This document shows positions 59,090 through 64,000 of a stretch of 64,000 nucleotides of DNA, piece after piece. The stretch comes from an uncultured Candidatus Sumerlaeota bacterium (GTDB lineage: Bacteria > CAYMEV01): positions 1-64,000 of the forward strand of contig CAYMEV010000005.1 in the NCBI GenBank assembly GCA_964389675.1, written 5' to 3'. Position 1 is the first letter of the stretch. Every line of letters begins with the position of its first letter. The translations under genes were made by a program, and so were the position numbers. A model generated the notes under the pieces. The model had not been told where the DNA came from and did not search any database. It was given only the letters and a program-made list of their open reading frames with translations.

Positions 59090-60325
59090 ATGCATATTAA
59101 TGATTTGTTAAAGGTATCAATTGAGAGAAAGGCTTCCGACCTGCACCTGAAAGCAGGATCGAGGCCTGTGCTTAGGGTTGACGGCAATCTGCTGCCTATT
59201 ATTGAAATGAAAAGGCTGATGCAGGAAGACACCATTGCCATGGCATTTTCCATAATGAACAATAAGCAAAAGCAGAAATTCAAGGAAAACCTTGAACTTG
59301 ACATGGCATACTCAGTCCCCGGGCTGGGCAGGTTCAGGATTAACATTTTTCAGCAGAGAGGCACAGTGGGAATTGTCTGCAGGGTTATCCCGGTAAAGAT
59401 CATGACAGTACCAGAACTTAACCTTCCAATTGTTATAGAATCGATTGCTGAAGAGCCAAGAGGTCTAATAATATGTACAGGAACTACAGGAAGCGGTAAA
59501 TCTACAACTCTGGCCGCTATTATAGATTATATCAATACCAATAAATCTGTTCATATAATGACTATTGAAGATCCAATAGAATACCTTCACAGGGATAAAA
59601 AGGGCATTGTTAATCAAAGAGAAGTTGGTGTTGATACTCTCGGGTTCTTTACAGCATTAAGAAGTGCACTGAGACAGGATCCTGATGTTATTCTTGTAGG
59701 TGAGATGAGGGATGTTGAGACTATTGAAACTGCCATTACCGCTGCTGAAACAGGGCATCTGGTCTTATCAACCCTTCATACACTGGACGCCACTGAATCC
59801 ATAAACAGGATCATATCCATGTTTCCGCCACATCAGCATAAACAGATCAGAAATCAGCTTGCAAGCACATTAAAGGGTGTTATTTCTCAAAGGCTTATTC
59901 CAAGAGCAGACGGTAAAGGAAGGGTCCCGGCAGTTGAGCTGCTGATGTCAACAGCCAGAACAAGAGAGTGTATTGAAGACAAGGATAAGACGAAGCTTCT
60001 TAACCAGGCAATTGCAGAAGGCAAGACCCATTACGGCATGCAGACCTTTGACCAGTCTCTGCTGGACCTTTTTAAGAGCGGAGCAATCACAATAGAAGAG
60101 GCAATATCCAGGGCTTCAAATCCGGATGATTTCAAACTCAAAATAAGCGGGATACTCTCTACGGCAGACACAACATGGGAAGGCGTATCTCAGGACAAAT
60201 ATGTGTCAAAAGCAAGGGATATCAAAGAATACGGGGAACAAGACAGTGAAGAAGAAGATGATAAAGACAAGAAGGATGACTTTGGTTTTGATGATTTTGG
60301 TGATTCTGATCCATTCGGAATGTAG
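59090..60325 (+). CDS. pilT: PilT/PilU retraction ATPase
   Basis: ASDLHLK, GTTGSGKST, TIEDPIE, ALRQDPD, AETGHLV, GMQTFDQ. Confidence 0.9.
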   Translation: MHINDLLKVSIERKASDLHLKAGSRPVLRVDGNLLPIIEMKRLMQEDTIAMAFSIMNNKQKQKFKENLELDMAYSVPGLGRFRINIFQQRGTVGIVCRVIPVKIMTVPELNLPIVIESIAEEPRGLIICTGTTGSGKSTTLAAIIDYINTNKSVHIMTIEDPIEYLHRDKKGIVNQREVGVDTLGFFTALRSALRQDPDVILVGEMRDVETIETAITAAETGHLVLSTLHTLDATESINRIISMFPPHQHKQIRNQLASTLKGVISQRLIPRADGKGRVPAVELLMSTARTRECIEDKDKTKLLNQAIAEGKTHYGMQTFDQSLLDLFKSGAITIEEAISRASNPDDFKLKISGILSTADTTWEGVSQDKYVSKARDIKEYGEQDSEEEDDKDKKDDFGFDDFGDSDPFGM

Positions 60326-60351
60326 CCTGTTTTTAATAGAAAGGTAATTAA

Positions 60352-62982
60352 ATGATCAAGTACGGACATAAAAGACTGAGGGAAGAGTTCTTAGCATTTT
60401 TTGAAAAAAAGGAGCACAGCAGAGTTCCAAGTTCATCTTTAATTCCAAAGGGAGACAGGTCTCTTCTGTTTACCAATGCAGGAATGAATCAGTTCAAGGA
60501 TTTTTTTTTGGACATCAAGCCCCCTCCTTATGCAAGAGCTGTTTCCTGTCAAAAATGCCTCAGAGCGGGAGGCAAACATAATGATCTGGATAATGTAGGT
60601 TACACAGCCAGGCATCACACCTTTTTTGAGATGCTGGGCAATTTTTCATTTGGAGACTATTTCAAACCGATTGCAATTGAGCTTGCCTGGGAGTTCATAA
60701 CAGACATCCTAAAAATACCCGAGGAAAAGATCTATGTTTCAGTTTATCATGAGGATGATGAAGCCTGTGATATCTGGGCAGGGAACATTGGTTTAAATGA
60801 AGGCAGGATTTTTAGGTTCGGAGAAAAGAACAATTTCTGGGCAATGGGAGACACAGGCCCATGCGGGCCATGCTCAGAGATCTTCTACGATCTTGGGGAT
60901 GAATTTGGTCCTGCAGAGCAGGATAATGAAGACAGGTTCCTTGAGATCTGGAATCTTGTATTCATGCAGTATAACAGGGATAATAAAGGCAGATTAAGCC
61001 TTCTTAAAAACAGGAATATAGATACAGGCATGGGCCTGGAAAGAACATTGTCAGTACTGGAAGGCTGCGGCTCCAATTTTGAATCCTCTCTGTTTGTGCC
61101 TTTGATCAAAAGAATAGAGGAAATATTCAGCAGATCATATATATCCGATAAATCTCTTGAATGTACTGCATTCAGGGTAATAGCTGATCACTGCCGTGCC
61201 ATAGCTCTGCTTATCGCTGATGGACAGATACCCACAAATTTCTCCAGGGGATATGTTCTGCGCAGAATAATAAGAAGGGCATATCGATATGGCATTATAC
61301 TCGGGGCATCGGGAACTTTTTTATGCAGTGTAATAGATGCATTTATTGCTGAAATGTCCGGTGTATATCCGGAGCTTATGGAAAAGCATAAATTTATAGA
61401 GGAAGTTGTAAGCAGAGAAGAGGAAAACTTTCAGATAACGCTATCAAAAGGTATCGAAAGAATAAATGATACAGTAAATGAACTTAAATCAAAGAATATT
61501 TCAATACTTGAGGGAGCCCTTGCTTTTAAGATGTATGACACCTATGGTATCCCTCTGGATATCATTGCTGATATTGCCAGGGACAATCATATCAGGTTCC
61601 ATGAATCTGATTTCATTGAATGCATGGAGGAACAGAAAAACAAAGCCAGATTAAGTTCACATTTCAAAATTGATAAAAAAAGGTACACTATGCTCAATGA
61701 AATGGGTTTGAAAACTCAATTTACCGGATATGAACAGAATCTATCCCATACCTGCGAAATAAAAGCTATAATCCAGGACGGCCTTGTTAAGAATGAAGCT
61801 GTCAGGGGCCAGGCTTTTATTATAACAGATAAAACTCCATTTTATGCTGAAAAAGGGGGACAGGTGGGGGATAAAGGAATAATAATAAAAATTGATTCTG
61901 CTGATGAGATAACTGTTTCAGATACAGTATACCTTACAGATGACTGCATTGGACACAAGGCAATTATCGAAAAGCCAGTCAGGGTAGGAGATAAGGTCAT
62001 TCTTGAGGTTGACTGGAATAACAGGAAAAATATAGAGAGAAATCATACTGCAACACACCTTCTGCATTATGCACTAAGCGAGGTTTTAGGAGAATCTGCT
62101 AAACAAGCCGGATCTTTGGTAGATGCTGAAAGATTGCGTTTTGATTTTAGCTATCACAAACAGCTTACCACCCACCAGGTTGAAAAGATTGAATACCTCG
62201 TTCATAATGCAATATTGCAGTGTTTCGATGTAATCAATGAGGAAATGGACTATAAATCCGCACTGGAAAGCGGAGCGATAGCGCTTTTTACTGAGAAATA
62301 TGAAAATATTGTCAGAGTGGTAAGGATAGGAGACTTCTCAATAGAGCTGTGCGGTGGTACTCATATACAGAATACCGGTGAAATTGGCATGCTTAAGATT
62401 ATCCAGGAGTCAGCCATAGCAAGCGGGATAAGAAGGATAGAAGCAATAACAGGCCACAGGCTTTTTTACAAGGTACAGGAAATGTACATGCTTGAAAAGC
62501 AACTAAAGAACAGGTTTATAAAAGGTGATCAGGGTATACTGGATTATGTGAAAGAACTTTCGGAAAAATTAAAGGCCAGAGAGAAAGAGCTTGAATCTGC
62601 AAAACTGAGGCTTGTAAATTCAGAGATTGATTCTATACTGAAAGACAGGATATCAATCGATGGAATAAACCTTATAAAATACAAGACTGACGAACAAAAC
62701 ATAAAGGTTCTTAAATCGCTTGTTGATAATATCAAGCAGAGGTCAGATATGAGCATTATTATTATCGTATCAGTCTCAGATACATCTACTGTCCTGTGCG
62801 GTATTACAAAGGATCTGACAGGCAGGTATGATGCCAAGAAGGTCCTGGATGCCGTTCTGGCATCAGTCAGCGGCAAAGGAGGAGGCAGGCCCGATCTGGC
62901 TCAAGGAGGCTTCAGGGGCTCTGAAAATGCATTGCTTTTATATAATTCAATAGAAAATATTGTCAGAGGGATATTAATATGA
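60352..62982 (+). CDS. alaS: alanine--tRNA ligase
   Basis: LLFTNAGMNQFK, HHTFFEMLGNFSFGDYFK, NHTATHLLH, ELCGGTH, GGGRPDLAQGG. Confidence 0.98.
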   Translation: MIKYGHKRLREEFLAFFEKKEHSRVPSSSLIPKGDRSLLFTNAGMNQFKDFFLDIKPPPYARAVSCQKCLRAGGKHNDLDNVGYTARHHTFFEMLGNFSFGDYFKPIAIELAWEFITDILKIPEEKIYVSVYHEDDEACDIWAGNIGLNEGRIFRFGEKNNFWAMGDTGPCGPCSEIFYDLGDEFGPAEQDNEDRFLEIWNLVFMQYNRDNKGRLSLLKNRNIDTGMGLERTLSVLEGCGSNFESSLFVPLIKRIEEIFSRSYISDKSLECTAFRVIADHCRAIALLIADGQIPTNFSRGYVLRRIIRRAYRYGIILGASGTFLCSVIDAFIAEMSGVYPELMEKHKFIEEVVSREEENFQITLSKGIERINDTVNELKSKNISILEGALAFKMYDTYGIPLDIIADIARDNHIRFHESDFIECMEEQKNKARLSSHFKIDKKRYTMLNEMGLKTQFTGYEQNLSHTCEIKAIIQDGLVKNEAVRGQAFIITDKTPFYAEKGGQVGDKGIIIKIDSADEITVSDTVYLTDDCIGHKAIIEKPVRVGDKVILEVDWNNRKNIERNHTATHLLHYALSEVLGESAKQAGSLVDAERLRFDFSYHKQLTTHQVEKIEYLVHNAILQCFDVINEEMDYKSALESGAIALFTEKYENIVRVVRIGDFSIELCGGTHIQNTGEIGMLKIIQESAIASGIRRIEAITGHRLFYKVQEMYMLEKQLKNRFIKGDQGILDYVKELSEKLKAREKELESAKLRLVNSEIDSILKDRISIDGINLIKYKTDEQNIKVLKSLVDNIKQRSDMSIIIIVSVSDTSTVLCGITKDLTGRYDAKKVLDAVLASVSGKGGGRPDLAQGGFRGSENALLLYNSIENIVRGILI

Positions 62983-63548
62983 TGAAAAATTTTGGGATAT
63001 ACCTGGCTTTAATAGCTTTCGTAATTCTTTCGGTACTGTTTCTCACTTCTTGTGTAGCGCTTAATGATGATGATTCAGAAGATGATATGACATACTATAT
63101 TATTTTTGAATCTGATAATGCCAGCCCGCCTCCAAAGAGCTTTTACATGGTGCTTTCGGGAACAGCAGACGATTTATTTACTTTAAGCATCCATGTAAAT
63201 GATATCCAGGATCTCTATGGCACCGCTTTCACAATATCATGGGACCCGACGCTGCTTTTATTTCTCGATGCCGCTGAGGGAAGTTTTCTCAGCAATGGCG
63301 GTTACCAGACAAGCTTTCTGGCAAGCCTTGAGGAAAACTATCCAGGCAGATTGATTGTCGGGTATACCAGGCTGGGTCAGGAACCCGGGGCTAACGGAAG
63401 CGGCCTGATCTGTACCTTATCTTTTAAAGCCCTCAGGGAAGGGGAGTCATCTGTCATTTTTATTAATGCAGATGCATTCAACAGCACAGGCAGTGTTATA
63501 ACCGGATCAAACTGGATTGGAGGGATTTTGAAAATATTGCTGTTATGA
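62979..63548 (+). CDS. cohesin-like domain lipoprotein
   Basis: lipobox LTSC; ISWDP..EGSFL..GYTRLGQ..GSGLICTLSFKA, homologous to the secretin tail. Confidence 0.82.
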   Translation: MMKNFGIYLALIAFVILSVLFLTSCVALNDDDSEDDMTYYIIFESDNASPPPKSFYMVLSGTADDLFTLSIHVNDIQDLYGTAFTISWDPTLLLFLDAAEGSFLSNGGYQTSFLASLEENYPGRLIVGYTRLGQEPGANGSGLICTLSFKALREGESSVIFINADAFNSTGSVITGSNWIGGILKILLL

Positions 63549-64000
63549 AGCTTCTCATACTTTTCACGCTTATATATTTTATATCTCCAGTTGATTTTTC
63601 ATCTGAGATATACAGGCATGTAAATGAGGAGGGGAAAGTAGTATATACTAATCACCGTGATGGTTCACGTCCCTCTGAACCAAAAAAGAAACTGGATATT
63701 GATAAAAAGCATTACAGGGAATACATTTCTTTTATTGATAAATTTTCTGAACAGTATAAGATAGATAAAAATCTGATTATAAGCATTATCTTTATTGAAT
63801 CATATTTTGATAAAAATGCAGTATCAAAGAGGGGTGCATGCGGACTTATGCAGTTAATGCCTGAAACTGCAAAAAGATTTAAGGTAAATGATATCTTTGA
63901 CCCTAAGGAAAATATAATGGGCGGAACCGCATACTTAAGGCATCTATATGATTTTTTCGACGGAGACCTCAAACTGATCCTCGCAGCATATAATGCCGGA
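63545..64000 (+). CDS. lytic transglycosylase (SLT domain, DUF4124-like N-terminus), runs off the window end
   Basis: own translation from ATG 63545: IFIESYFDKNAVSKRGACGLMQLMPETA...LAAYNAG; ATGA overlap with the upstream gene. Confidence 0.9.
   Translation, partial: MKLLILFTLIYFISPVDFSSEIYRHVNEEGKVVYTNHRDGSRPSEPKKKLDIDKKHYREYISFIDKFSEQYKIDKNLIISIIFIESYFDKNAVSKRGACGLMQLMPETAKRFKVNDIFDPKENIMGGTAYLRHLYDFFDGDLKLILAAYNAG

Noticed and set aside
55640-63548. Cellulosome
   Set aside because: Only single cohesin-like domains; no scaffoldin, dockerin or cellulase in the window.
287-63972. Short antisense or overlapping ORFs in the six-frame track (e.g. 1988..2425, 40739..41200, 49816..50298, 63712..63972)
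   Set aside because: They lie within well-supported genes on another frame or strand and show no motifs; treated as shadow ORFs.
1-64000. tRNA, rRNA, CRISPR array or known riboswitch
   Set aside because: None recognised by eye in the short intergenic regions; a covariance-model scan would be needed to exclude them formally.

Overview
AT-rich bacterial chromosomal window, probably from a draft or metagenome assembly (one N gap at 5982-6026). Standard genetic code: TGA ends several intact genes. No rRNA, tRNA or CRISPR array was recognised. The left ~37 kb is accessory. It holds two orphan ORFs, an IS remnant, a giant secreted metzincin protease (split by the gap and an in-frame TGA), cupin-fprA, a hybrid sensor kinase, a PDO-thioredoxin fusion leading an mlaEFD operon, and an ABC-2 exporter behind an attenuator-like leader. 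It also holds an SH3/GHL10 glycoside hydrolase, a lipoprotein-signal aspartate 4-decarboxylase, two radical SAM enzymes and a Ser/Thr kinase-NTPase-TPR protein. The right ~27 kb is mostly core: dnaE, guaA, a DnaC-like loader, tldD/E, coaX, a T2SS/type IV pilus-like operon with a TPR-secretin-cohesin protein, thpR-recA-pilT-alaS, a cohesin lipoprotein and a lytic transglycosylase. The secretion operon layout resembles what I recall from Acidobacteriota-related lineages (inference). Best candidate for an undescribed system: two unrelated large exoenzymes end in the same ~350-aa beta-propeller module, and the window also encodes a cohesin-tipped secretin plus a paralogous free cohesin lipoprotein. 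All calls come from motif reading; no database searches were run.
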